A stretch of DNA of 55,317 nt from Callorhinchus milii (lineage: Eukaryota): positions 1 to 55,317 of the forward strand of contig NW_024705309.1 in assembly GCF_018977255.1 (NCBI RefSeq), written 5' to 3'. Numbering within the stretch: the first letter of the stretch is position 1; each line of letters opens with the position of its first letter. The notes beneath the pieces were generated by a model. That model was not told where the DNA came from, ran no database searches, and was given only the letters and a program-made list of their open reading frames with translations. Below are positions 1 through 10,639 of this stretch, one piece after another. The position numbers were made by a program, and so were the translations under genes.

Positions 1-1196
1 TGAGGTGGGTAGGGGGGCTGCGAGCCACCGCTGTTTGTGCATTATGGCCATCAATTGAACCGGTGCCACGGGGATTGCAGAGCAAGTTGTAAACCACCAC
101 ATTGCTACTGCTGCTACTACTACCACACAGAGCGTTAGTGTCGGCATTAACTAATTAACTGAACACGAACGGAAACTGACAAGTGCGCAAAGAAGACACG
201 GACAGATGCACGCGTGGAATTACAATGAGGGACAGAAGGTAGGAACGCGCGTGTTGGAGAACGTCCGCAGGTTAGGGATATCAATTTAGACGTTTAAGGG
301 AATTGAGTGGGCTTGGGCAGGAACACGACGTGGCTTAGAAGGGACGATAATGGCCGATGGTCAAGAATAACTACGGAGTGGCAGCCGCCAAAGGATTTGA
401 ACGCTCATGGGAGCGGGTCCACCGGTGAGATGGAGCGATGAAATTAGCTCTCGTGCATAGGCGCTCAGGCGACTAATACGTTTCAGGATCGTGGGAGAAG
501 GCGTGGCTTTGGTGGGTGGGGAAGGGGGGGGCCCTCACCCAGCAGTGGATTGACCCCAGTTGATGATGACGAACTGACTATCATATCGAGCATAAACTGG
601 TGGTGGATTTAGTCAGAATCGGAATACTGATTTATTACTGGAGTAATCTGATGATCTATGAAACAATTTTTCAAAGATGTCCAGCAGGGGCCAGGTCAGA
701 ACGTTACGACAAAACAAACAATAAAACAACTAAACTAAGAGTGCAAAGGAAAACAAATAACTTAAAAATGTGCAAATGAAAACACAACTATTTTTTTAAT
801 CTCACCAAATCAGATTTATTTTATCAGTCGGGCCGGTCTTAGAGCTGCCCCATGGCGGAGGGGGGGCCGGGGGGGGCTGCGTTGACGTTCATGGAAAGGT
901 CACGTGAACTTCGTCGTCGTCGTCAACGCCGCTGGGCCGAGCCTGCGCGACACCGCTCACGCGGTTCGGGATCTAGCGCAAGCGTGGATTTCAACTCCTA
1001 AGACCGATTGTCGCCTGTTTAACGCATCAGCTTTCGCGACTAATTCTTGTTAATAATAAAGGTGTTTTGGGTTGGGTCGCGTAAATATAAATCTGGCAAA
1101 TCTCTCCATGAAGCCGGTTGTAGTTGCCAGCGGGACATCGTACTCGAATTGTAAACGTTGCGGGTTTACTCTCCAACGCATCGATGTGCTGAAGTA

Positions 1197-1440
1197 GTAT
1201 GTATGTTGAACTTCTTTAGCGCCGTACGTAGCCGACCGTGCTAATCGGAGGTGCGGGGGAAGGACAACAAACTAAACACAAAAAACAGTTTCAAAGATAT
1301 GAGTTTTCAATCTAGATTTAAAAGTGCATAGCTCCAGTGGCTTCCTAATATCGGAAGGAAGAGCGTTCCAGATGGCCACAGAAGCACATTTGAAAGCACG
1401 TGATGCAGTGACCATCTTTGTTTGATGACGAGTAACTAAT
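1197..1440 (-). mobile_element. L2-clade LINE 3' fragment (end of RT ORF plus 3' tail ending in (CATA)n)
   Basis: Minus strand reads SRAFKCASVAIWNALPSDIRKPLELCTFKSRLKTHIF, matching the L2/CR1 ORF2 terminal motif RAF..A..WN.LP..IR....L..FK..LKTH.F. The tail at 1197-1262 recurs at ~5515, ~9435 and ~12083. Confidence 0.8.
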
Positions 1441-1454
1441 TGGCACGTTTGTTT

Positions 1455-1532
1455 ACGTGGCAGACCTTTACGAATTTGCTGTATCGGGTGGTGGGAGAGT
1501 TAACGACACCTTGACATTTACGCAATCTAACC
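1455..1532. repeat. Unclassified interspersed repeat (other copies ~23705-23790, ~25005-25075, reverse complement ~54665-54740)
   Basis: Shared core AACCTTACTAATTGGCTGTGTCGG(G)TGGTGGCGGGTTTAACGACAC..TTTACGCGATCTAACC seen four times. Confidence 0.75.
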
Positions 1533-1634
1533 GATACTCGCCTTCTGCCGGTGTGGGTCTTTTTATTTATTGTTGCGTCTCTCCGTGCTCCCCGCACCCG
1601 CCCTCTTCTCTCCGCCATGTCATGCTTTTTACAG

Positions 1635-1640
1635 AGCATG
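1635..1640 (+). CDS. EPB41: Candidate 6-nt microexon (Ser-Met) of the protein 4.1 gene
   Basis: Long pyrimidine tract ...CATGCTTTTTACAG|AGCATG|GTGAGA. Phase 0, frame preserving, TGC just upstream of the acceptor. Confidence 0.45.
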
Positions 1641-2025
1641 GTGAGATGCATTTCATCGTGGGCAGCCTAAAGCTTATAATCTGTACTTCAACTCGGACAA
1701 AGGGGTTTAAATTCTGTATATCTGAAACGTGGAAAATTAAGTTCCGTGCTTGGGGGACGTTACATCTGCAATCGCCAGATTAGCGTAATAGGCTTACAAA
1801 CCTTTTCCATCTCAAATGTTGTGATTTTTTTGCTGCTGCTGCTGCTGCATCATAATATGAAGGCACCTTCTACGGTTTTAATGCTTCCATTGCCTTGTAT
1901 TCACTCTTCTCTCTTCCTTCATCAGAGTGCTCCGTGTGCGCTCCCCTTCCTCGTTAATGATTCACTGTTCATCTACGTCTTCTCCACGTTTCCTCTCTTC
2001 TGTTCTTCCGCATCGTCCGAATCAG

Positions 2026-2112
2026 AAGTCTGACGCTCCGGAAGATCGCACGGAGGAGACAAAGTTTGTGTTCTCCTTTAAGACTCCCCATTCGAAGGAT
2101 GATGCTAACAAG
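2026..2112 (+). CDS. EPB41: Protein 4.1 family variable-region exon (KSDAPEDRTEETKFVFSFKTPHSKDDANK)
   Basis: Pyrimidine tract then ATCAG| acceptor, AAG|GTTATG donor. 87 nt, phase 0-0 like the other exons. Confidence 0.55.
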
Positions 2113-3075
2113 GTTATGACTGGCCGCACATATTCACGACGTACGGTGCTTCTAGACCTTGCAGCGTAATAAGACCCCCATCCCCGCACCCCTTCACCCA
2201 CCCTCCCCAAAAATGATTGATGAATCATTTTTACTTTTGGAGGGGTCACGATTCGACCCAAGAATCTGTTCTCGTGGTGCATAGCAGCGCCTCCAGTGGC
2301 AGCATGAGTCGCATGCAGGAATACTTACGCGCGGCATGCACGAACGGAGACACGCGTACATCACGAGCGTGAGAATTTTAATTTTAATTGATTAACCGAC
2401 ATATCGTTTGTATATCCCCGATGTCCCCGAGTGCTTTTGCATGGCTGCCACTCTCCTGCACACCTTCTTGCGCGCTCAGTGTTCAAAATTTGAACCCCAG
2501 ATCGTTATTTGCGGCTAGTCCCCGCACATTACATGAAACGAAACGAGCACACGTGCACACTCGCGCACGCTCGTTATCGTGTGTCGTTGAAGACGTTTGG
2601 CACTTTAACGAGACGGTGGACTTCTCAACTATCTACACCCAGCCTCGACTGGATTCGACCAGAAAAGCAGCTACAAATAGGAAGCATTATTAAAACGTAA
2701 AAAAATATATTTACTTAAATATTAACAAATGCAACTTTATATTTATCAAAGACAATTGAGTATGGTGAACTAAGGTCAAATAATCACCCACATCCCACAC
2801 GGCATGGAGAGGCCGTCATCCAGCAGTGGATTGATGAAAGGGAAGCACGTGTGCACGTACAATTTACCTATTTTGACGCATGAATATTATTTTTTTTTTC
2901 CCAAAACGTAGGAAGCTTCACGCCTGCTCTCTCCTCCCCGTCGCTCTCTCGCCGGCTGTGTGTCCTCATCACTCCGTGTCCCTGTGCCTCTTGCGTGTTT
3001 GTGTTTTCTTCTTTTCTTCCTCCTCCTCCTCCTCCTCTGTCCCATGATGTCCACCTACCTGCTCGACACAAGCAG

Positions 3076-3303
3076 GGCTTGGAGGACTGGGTCCTGGTAG
3101 AGAATGCTCAGTGTAAAGTGGAAGAGCGGGCGCACGACGACAATGACGACGGCGATGACGACGGTGGCGGCGACGCCCCTCCGGCCCTAGACGCTCTGCG
3201 GAGCGCGGCGGCCGAGTTAGCCGCCGCGCTAGACCGCCCGCCGCCCGCGACCCACGCCACGGCGCGCTCGCACGACACGGAGGCCTTCGTCAGCCCGCTC
3301 AAG
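3076..3303 (+). CDS. EPB41: Protein 4.1 family variable-region exon (GLEDWVLVEN...AFVSPLK)
   Basis: GC-rich open frame, AAGCAG| tandem acceptor after a pyrimidine tract, weak AAG|GTCCTG donor. 228 nt, phase 0-0. Confidence 0.6.
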
Positions 3304-3436
3304 GTCCTGCCACACACGCGCTGCGCCGCTCGCTCGCTCCGGCCCGAGTCTTTGTCAACGCGGCAGGGGGCTTCAGGGTGGGGGGAGGCTGCGGCCACCG
3401 GAGACTCGGATTTTAAACTAAATTGAACTATTAAAC

Positions 3437-3738
3437 TATTTTATTTTACCAGGTAAGGCCCACCGGGCTATATAGCCCTTTTTCAGAAGCGACCTGGCCA
3501 CAAATGGTAGCTCAACGAAGTGGCTTATCGTCACGTGGAAATTTATTGCAGCCAAACACTCTGAACGCGTGACGTTGATTCTGAATGTGGAGGGAAAAAC
3601 TGGAGGACCCGGAGAAAAATCCACGCGGCTACGGGTAGAATATGCAATTTCCAAAGATACGGGTGTCTGGGTCGGGATCAAACCTACGACCTCCTGTATA
3701 CCAGGCGAGGTAGTTAACATCTCACCACCATGGTGCCC
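3437..3738 (-). mobile_element. tRNA-derived V-SINE (Lam1-like), near full length
   Basis: Minus strand shows A-box- and B-box-like head (TGGTGAGATGTTAA..GGTTTGATCCC), V-domain-like core (TTTCTCCGGGTCCTCCAGTTTTTCCCTCCACA) and A-rich tail. A second full copy lies at 12170-12432. Confidence 0.75.
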
Positions 3739-4733
3739 TCATTTTGCTTTTGAGAAATATCAAAACAAGTAAGCAGACAGTGCATCTCCTTCGTATGTCT
3801 GTACCTCCATGTACAATAAACAAGTGTTTATGATATTTTCCTTCAAGCCACACGGCCGCATTGACCGATCAAAAATAAAAAAAATAAAAATTGTGTTTGC
3901 CAATGGTTGTAAAACGGTAAATGTAAGGATTTGGATGGACAGAGAGAGAGGGGGCCCACAATAACAATAACAGTCCCCGGGGCTCTCCACAAACTTAATC
4001 CGGCCCTGGCTGCGCTACAGAGGCCGCCGTTGCGCTTGCCGAATGGGGCTCAATCGACGTTGTATGGTGCATGGCCGGCACGCGGCTTACCCGGAGCGTG
4101 GCCACGGGTGGTGGTGGTTGTGGGTGGGGCGAGCTGACGGATTGTGTCGCGAGCAAGTGGGATGTGTATTTGTCTGTCAGTCCTGCGTTGAATTACGTGC
4201 ACTGTTCCCTGGGCTGCGAGAAAGCTAAAAAAAATCAATGCAGCGCACGTTTACCACATTCCGGCGGTGGTTAATCCTGGGATTGTGAAGCTGCAGGGCG
4301 GAACGGATGGATACTTGTTAATTTCACAGAAGCAGCGAGTGATATTGGTACCCGGCTTATGCACTGCTGCTGCCCGACTGTACGCCGATGGAAATGCTGC
4401 CGGGTTATGCAATTCAGAAACAAAAATACGTATTCGTACTGGAGGGATCAGATGTGGTGCAAAACTCTTTTCCGCAGATTTCCTATAGAGGGGCATGGGG
4501 TAAGAACATTACAACAACAAACAACACAAAAAGCGCGACAGTAGTGCGAAGTACAAGAAAGGCAACGCAAATCACCCAAACGCATACAAATAAAACGAAA
4601 CCATCCCTAACCTAGCCAAGTCAAGCCCCAGAGGATTTTACGGGTGACACGGACGCGCTGTAACCCCCAGCACCCCGCGCGTGCAGTTGAGCCATCGCTG
4701 TGGCTTGTGTCCTGTGCCTCTGACCCGTAATAG

Positions 4734-4847
4734 AGTAAGCTCGTTCGTGGCGCTAAGGTGGACGCATCCCCCGCCGAGGAGGATCTCACGTTCTCTCCTT
4801 CTGAACATCCTCTTGCCGACCTCCTTGAGACCGTTGAATTCTCTCAG
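4734..4847 (+). CDS. EPB41: Candidate protein 4.1 variable-region exon (SKLVRGAKVDASPAEEDLTF...VEFSQ)
   Basis: AATAG| acceptor, weak CAG|GTCTTT donor. 114 nt open, phase 0-0. No recognised homology. Confidence 0.4.
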
Positions 4848-5514
4848 GTCTTTACTTTACAAATCTACGCTTTCCTTCCTGCATCGTTCACCCCGCCCCC
4901 CCCCCCCCCATCTTGTCATGCTCCGTTCACGACGGTCGCTTCACTCGCGCTCGTAATTCGCCGATTCGCTTTGCCCCTTTGCCGTCCTGCGGTTTGTGTT
5001 TTTGCCGGTCTGCATGGCTATTAACTTGTTAAAAACATCTTCCGTGCACGATTTATGGGAGAAAAAGAACTGAACACCAACAGTGTTCCAAAAGGTAAAA
5101 ATAAATGCATGTGCTTGTGGGCTTCGAGCTAAAGCGTGGACCTGCTTAGCATTTATTTTTATAAGCTGCGTTGCATCCCTTGTGTTATCGGTGAATCTTG
5201 CACACACAGGCATCCTCATTCTGAATGCTGGAATGTCTCGCTGGCCTCCATACAGATGTGTGCCTTAGTACAGTTTAAGTCCACGCGCGAAAACCACTCG
5301 ATCTTCAAGCAAGTTAATGATGTCACCGTTCCTGTCTAGACTGAAGACGTATTTGTTCTCGAAAGCCGATGCCTAAATAATTTTTAAAACAGATTTTGTC
5401 TTCTAACGTCTCGTATAAAACGTACAAGTCTCTCAATAAGAATGTAATTGTAAATTATCTCAAGACGCAGCTGTATATACAGACGCTATAGAAACAGAAA
5501 TTGCATTGTCCGGC

Positions 5515-5587
5515 TATGTACGTATGCATGTTGAACTTCTTTCGCACCGTGCATAGCCAACTGTGCTAATCGGAGGTGCGGCAAGGG
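5515..5587 (-). repeat. L2 3'-tail fragment
   Basis: Near-identical to 1197-1262. Confidence 0.7.
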
Positions 5588-5634
5588 ACGGCCGCCCACG
5601 CTAAACCGTTTGCCGTCGCTCTCTCCGACGTCAG

Positions 5635-6199
5635 ATGCTCAAGTCGGAGGTTAAGGAAGCGACGGAGGTCGTCACCAGCAGCAGCGTGAGCAGCGTGAGC
5701 AGCAGCAGCGCCAGGGTGGTGCGGGAGATGGTCGTCGAGGAGAAGAAGATTTCCAAGTCGCTCGTGGAAGGCGCGTCGAGCGCCGTCGCCTCCGTGACGC
5801 TCACGGTCGGCAAGGCGGGCGGCGGTGGCGGCCGCGGCGATGACGACGAGCCGCGCGACAAGGGCGAGTCCCCGTCCGGCAGGCCAGAACCCGCGCCGCG
5901 AGCCACCGCCGGTACAACCACTGGAGCAACCGCCGGAGCAACCGCCGGCGGCGGTGGCAGCAGTGTCGCGGCAAAGGAATCGGCGAGGTCCTCTCTTCCG
6001 GCAGACGCGGCCATCGCCGCGGCGATGGTGGGGCTACCGCCGCGGCCAAGGCGGCAGCGGCCTCCGTGTCGGCTTCCTCGTCCCGGAGGAAAGCCCCGCC
6101 GGGGACGCAAAGGACGGCAAGGACACGTCGGAGGAGGAAGAGCCAAAGACAAACGGAGACATGTCCGACTCGGACGACGAGGACCATGGGGAGTTTGAG
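5635..6199 (+). CDS. EPB41: Large low-complexity protein 4.1 exon preceding the CTD (MLKSEVKE...DHGEFE), two apparent 1-nt deletions
   Basis: TCAG| acceptor, GAG|GTATGT donor. Ends in ...FE like the vertebrate 4.1B exon before the VKTE exon. 565 nt; adding a G at 6030-6033 and a C at 6082-6084 gives 189 codons. Confidence 0.8.
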
Positions 6200-6237
6200 G
6201 TATGTTGTACGCGCTTGTGTTTGGGTGTGTTCGCCCG

Positions 6238-6530
6238 CGTGTGTGTGTGTTTGCTCACGTACGTGTGTGTGTGTGTGTATTCGCGTGTGTGTCTGTGGGT
6301 GACACGGCCTGTTGCGGTGTGTAAACATCGCCACGAGGGATACAAAGGCAGCCGGGCGTGGTGCTGGCCCCCCGTCCCCGAACACCTATGAAAGCCGTGC
6401 CAGCCTGCATAGACACACACACATAGACACACATGTCTGTTGTGTGTCTCTCTCTGTGTGTCTCTGTGTTGTTCTCTCTGCTTGTGTGTCTGTCTGTGTG
6501 TCTCCGTGTATGTGTGTTGTCTCTCTCTCA
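6238..6530. repeat. (TG)n / (TC)n-rich microsatellite tracts
   Basis: Visible dinucleotide runs at 6238-6300 and 6410-6530. Confidence 0.85.
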
Positions 6531-6539
6531 AATTTAGTT

Positions 6540-6612
6540 CTAGCTGATGACGGTTGCTTGTGTTGCAATTTATTTTCTTTCTACGTGACTTCACCGAAAG
6601 AACCAAAGAGTT
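6540..6612 (+). mobile_element. Penelope-like terminal repeat fragment with decayed hammerhead
   Basis: CTGATGA and stem II retained, GAAA lost, followed by the family motif CTACGTGACTTYACCGAAAGAACCAA. Confidence 0.6.
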
Positions 6613-6934
6613 GATCGTTTCTTAAATCTCCCCTCCCCCCACCCCGCTTCTGCCCACCCGGCAGTGTAAATGGGTTCACCACAGTTAGTCGATCGGCAGT
6701 TGGCAAGCGGTGGGATAAAGTGTGGCTCTTCCGACCTCTTCAAAGGTGTCTGGCCAGCGTGAAAACAGCAGGCCAAGTCACCCTCGAGGGGAGCTCTCTG
6801 GCGTTCCCTCTAATAATTAGTCAGGCCCTTCCACCAGCAGTGGCATGAGCGAGCGATTGCGGGGCTAAACAACACACACATATATATATTTTTAAACATT
6901 CACAATCATTGCTCGACTTGCGTGCGGTCCGCAG

Positions 6935-7063
6935 CCTCCCGTTGTGAAGACGGAGAGCGTGAGCTTCAGCGAGGTGGTGAGGGCTGACGTGACGGAAATC
7001 TCCACCAAGGAGGTGCCCATCGTGCACACGGAGACGAAAACCATCGGCTACCAGACCGTGCAG
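6935..7063 (+). CDS. EPB41: Protein 4.1 C-terminal domain exon (PPVVKTESVSFSEVVRADVTEISTKEVPIVHTETKTIGYQTVQ)
   Basis: Matches 4.1 CTD motif EISTKEVP(I/V)VHTETKTITYE. GCAG| acceptor and CAG|GTGCGT donor, 129 nt. Paralogue (EPB41/L1/L2/L3) cannot be assigned. Confidence 0.95.
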
Positions 7064-7124
7064 GTGCGTGCCGCGGGACACGGGTCGCCAGTGGCGTGGC
7101 GTACGTGAGTGGGTGCAGACTTTC

Positions 7125-7511
7125 TTTTTAAATCCTTTATATTAAGTTCGCTTGCTTGCTTGCTTGCGCGCTTACGACCGTGCAAATCTTTCGGTCGTTT
7201 TTTAACCCACTTCCCGTGATCCAATCGAGCTGACATTTTGCACACAGACTCATTGTGCGTGACAATTTATTTTTGTGAAATTTTTTTTCAAAAATTTTAC
7301 ACTTTTTAGGTTAATTTTTTTATATTTAATTACCAATTGCTTAATGGTGGCAGGCAATCATCTGACCCATAGGTGGCAGCCATCTCAAGCCAGAGGACGA
7401 GAGGACTCTAGCCGCCCGTTTCAAAGACCAATGTGGGCTGGGTTGTGGCCCATTGAACACGCATATAAAAGATTTATAGTGAAAAACTTTGTTTTTACGG
7501 GTTAATTTTTT
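7125..7511 (+). mobile_element. Non-autonomous Helentron-associated (HINE/DINE-1-like) element, copy 1
   Basis: Subterminal inverted repeats 7129-7142 / 7463-7476, (GCTT)n microsatellite, short 3' stem-loop, T-runs at both ends. Second copy at 21537-21876. Confidence 0.65.
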
Positions 7512-7689
7512 GCTTTGTTTAAATCACGGTTTTTGCCGAGCGCAGGATCAAAGGTGAAGGGGCCCGCAACGAGCGTCACTGTTGAAGGTGTTCCACATAA
7601 GGGTTGGCTCTGACACTCGAGTGGGAATACAATTTGGATTCGCAAAGCCTCACCGGATAGCTGCGATTAAGTAGTGCAGAGACTCGAAT

Positions 7690-8520
7690 GTGGAGATGTA
7701 TAAACATAGAGACAATTTCAACGAGAAGATGGCTATAAGCCGCGCAATCATCGGAAGGACGTTATTAACCAAGCAAAGTCGTAACTTGCTGTGGTGCTTC
7801 CATTCTTACTTGCCGTTTGGCTGTTATCTCCGACTCTCTGAGTTGCATTGCCCTGTTGGGTGCCTCTGCTTTAAAGGACTGGAGTCTCACTAACATGGCC
7901 ACCTCTGCTCCCTTAGCCTCGCTGTATCGATGGTTCTGGCTGTGTGATGGGCTTTGTGTCTCACTGGCGCGACCACCGTTGCGGTGGTTCCCTTGCGTGG
8001 ACGCGCTTGCCTCTCACAGCACAGTTGGCAGCACCGCAGCTTGTTACACATAGACATGACGTTAACTTACTAATCCCCCTAAACTCCCTGCCTAATCTCT
8101 CCCATCAACATTGTGCTAATCTCCCATCAACACTGCTGTTGTGCGCATATGCGGAGACGATACTCTTATGCGGCGACGGAAGCTCATTTCATGCTAATCT
8201 CTCTCCCTAATCTCTCTCTCCCTAATCTCCCCCATGAACACAACTGACGTGCTTGTGTGCGGGGATGGAATTCCTTTCCTGCTCAGACCCCCGCCTGCTT
8301 GCCCATCGCCACATAAATAACCTCTTGTTGTAACAGCTCTCTCGCTGGTTCAGCAGTTCCACTGCTGGATTATTTTTCCGCCTGAGGACGACCGCTTGTG
8401 TTGCGATCGAAACGTCGTGATACATAATTTTTTATTTTATTTTTCTACCTACGTGACTTTACCGAAAGAACCAAGAAAAAGTACGGATTCCTGCAGTCAC
8501 GAGCGCTTCAAATCAAAGAG
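7690..8520 (+). mobile_element. Degenerate Penelope-like element 3' end (ORF terminus plus terminal repeat with hammerhead)
   Basis: VEMYKHRDNFN then frameshifted EDGYK resembles the PLE GIY-YIG C-terminal E..KH..NFNREDGY motif. Hammerhead at 8378-8420 and family motif at 8449-8510. Confidence 0.55.
8378..8420 (+). ncRNA. Minimal type I hammerhead ribozyme motif (slightly diverged)
   Basis: CGC-CTGAGGA-C-GACCGC/TTGTGTT/GCGATC-GAA-ACGT-C-GTG. Core intact, one stem II mismatch. Confidence 0.65.
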
Positions 8521-9434
8521 TGCAGTGTGTCTTCTCTAATCCGCAATGAAGTGGGGTGAATTTTCTCAGAGCCTATCTGTGATCTAACGAATAACCACCG
8601 GGGGTAAGAATTCACGAGTAGCACGACCCCAGCTTCCAAAGTTGTGGCCGTGTCTCTGGCTGTTATCAGTTACTTTCGCCGCGCGCACGTGGGAGGAAAA
8701 TCTAATCGGAGTGGCTCCGTGCACACGGAGAGCCCCACCCTGTGTAGGATGTAATGTCGAAGGACAGCGGGGTTGAATAAACCTGCACTGCTCTTGGGGA
8801 AATTAGATTTTTCAACTCTCCGAAGCCATAGCCATATAAATCATTGTCGCATGCGCAGAGTGAATAGCAATCTCGTCAGTCGTGCAGGGATTGCAGCGAG
8901 TCATTCATTGTGTCAGTGCCCCACGGCATTAAACAACCACAAGGGAATTTAGAGTCGCTGGCAGGGAATATTTGTGTAGCTGTATTTGTACGTAGATTTT
9001 TGACTTGGGAAAAAAACGCTTAAATCCATTCCACCCAATTTTATACTGATTGTGCTATCGCTATAGGTGTCACGTTGCGATGCTAAGAACCCAGTCGGAT
9101 GTCTCGCAGAGCAGTGGAAACATTCATGTTCGAGAGTGCCTATCACGACCTCTGGGCCCACTCAATATGGGACCAGAAATGTTCCCAATTATTCTGATAC
9201 TTAGAGCAACATTCATCGCCAAATAGTCAAAACTGATATATTACATTTCTTAGAACTGGAATTTAGTAAAGTTACTTGCCGAACCAAATTTTTATTGTGA
9301 TGATTTTTATCATTACAATAATTCACTGCACTTGAGAACACATTTAATCACAGGCATCTGCTTGGATGCTGAGCACAGGCCCAGAGGCCAAAGGCATCGA
9401 CAACTAGCAGCACTGTGAGAAGTTTGAGCTTGTC

Positions 9435-9501
9435 GCCCTTCCCCACACTTGCGATTATTAAAGTTGGCTACGTATGGTGTGAAAGAAGTTCAAAATACAT
9501 A
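9435..9501 (+). repeat. L2 3'-tail fragment
   Basis: Diverged reverse complement of 1197-1262. Confidence 0.6.
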
Positions 9502-9775
9502 GAGGGTGGAATGGGTGAGAGTTAATGCATGTCTTGATTTGAGCAAGGCTAATAGAACTTTGGGTAATTAGACCATGGGAGAGAATCCCAAGGTGGAACA
9601 GTGCGAGAAAAGCCGGCAACCCTCTCAGAGACTCACTCACGAGCCGAGCAGAAATGCCCCAATCGCAGGCAACGCCTTGAGTCTTAATCTCTCCGCCTCT
9701 CTCTCGCTACCACAATGTCTGCCACCGCCGGTCAAAACCCCGGCCTGTGTACCTCTCTCGCCCGCGTGCCAACAG

Positions 9776-9904
9776 TCGGACGGCGCCAAACACGTGGAGT
9801 CGGGGGGCCCGCTGCTGAGCACCGTGCATGGCACCGCCACGGAGGCCATGGCCAGCAGCAGCAGCAGCAGCACCAGCACCACCACCACCACCCACATCAC
9901 CAAG
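9776..9904 (+). CDS. EPB41: Protein 4.1 CTD exon (SDGAKHVESGGPLLST...STSTTTTTHITK)
   Basis: STTTTTHITK is the 4.1 CTD signature. AACAG| acceptor, AAG|GTGACG donor, 129 nt. Confidence 0.95.
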
Positions 9905-9969
9905 GTGACGAGCGGACGTTTGCGGCTCGACCAATGTGGTGTCAGATTCTCGATCGCGTGGCCTTGTGG

Positions 9970-10252
9970 CAAAGGTCACAAACGGGTTTTGATTCCTTAC
10001 CCGTACCCATACCCGGCCGCACCAGGGTCGCAAATGGGTACCCGTACCCTACCCGTACTCGTATTCTACCCCTACCCGTAACCTACCCCAAATGAGTGAC
10101 AAACGGTTACTCACCAGTGACTCACGGCCTACCCGTACCCGTACCCGGCTGCACCAGGGTCGCAAACGGCTACCCGTACCCGTACCCGGCCGGGTACGTG
10201 TAGCCGGGTATCGGGTAGGGTACGGGTATCGGGTACCCGGTTGCGACCTCTG
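9970..10252. mobile_element. Non-autonomous hAT element (MITE) with 8-bp target-site duplication
   Basis: TSD CCTTGTGG at 9962-9969 and 10253-10260. Imperfect TIRs CAAAGGTCACAAACGGG / CCCGGTTGCGACCTCTG. Many TACCCG subterminal repeats in both orientations. Confidence 0.85.
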
Positions 10253-10346
10253 CCTTGTGGGTTTGGTTTTTTTTTGTCCGCGAGGCAATTGTGTTACGTG
10301 CTGCTATAAATTTCCGATGTTAATTTCCACACGATGAGCCCCTTCA

Positions 10347-10430
10347 TTGGGCTGTCACTTGTGATGGCCAGGTCACTTCTGAAAAAGAGCTGTATAGCTC
10401 GGTGGGCCTTACCTGGTAAAATGAAAAATA
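10347..10430 (+). mobile_element. V-SINE 3' fragment
   Basis: GGCCAGGTCACTTCTGAAAAAG..GGTGGGCCTTACCTGGTAAAA matches the 3' end of the 3437-3738 copy. Confidence 0.7.
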
Positions 10431-10639
10431 ATTTAGTCTCGTTTGGGCACATTTCGGTGATGAATAAAGTTCTGCCCTGATTGTGCCCCCCTGTTCTTTT
10501 CACGTTCGTAAAGTGCTTTGGAAAAAAAAAGTGCGATGACATTTAGACGATACACAAATTTAAATGGTTTGCCATCGTTAAGCCCTCACGTGGCCACTGA
10601 TAACATGTTGTGCAGTGAATGAACATTTCAAATGAATTA

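Noticed and set aside
5631..6606. Long antisense and alternate-frame ORFs over the large 4.1 exon
   Set aside because: Shadow ORFs from GC-rich codons and TG microsatellite
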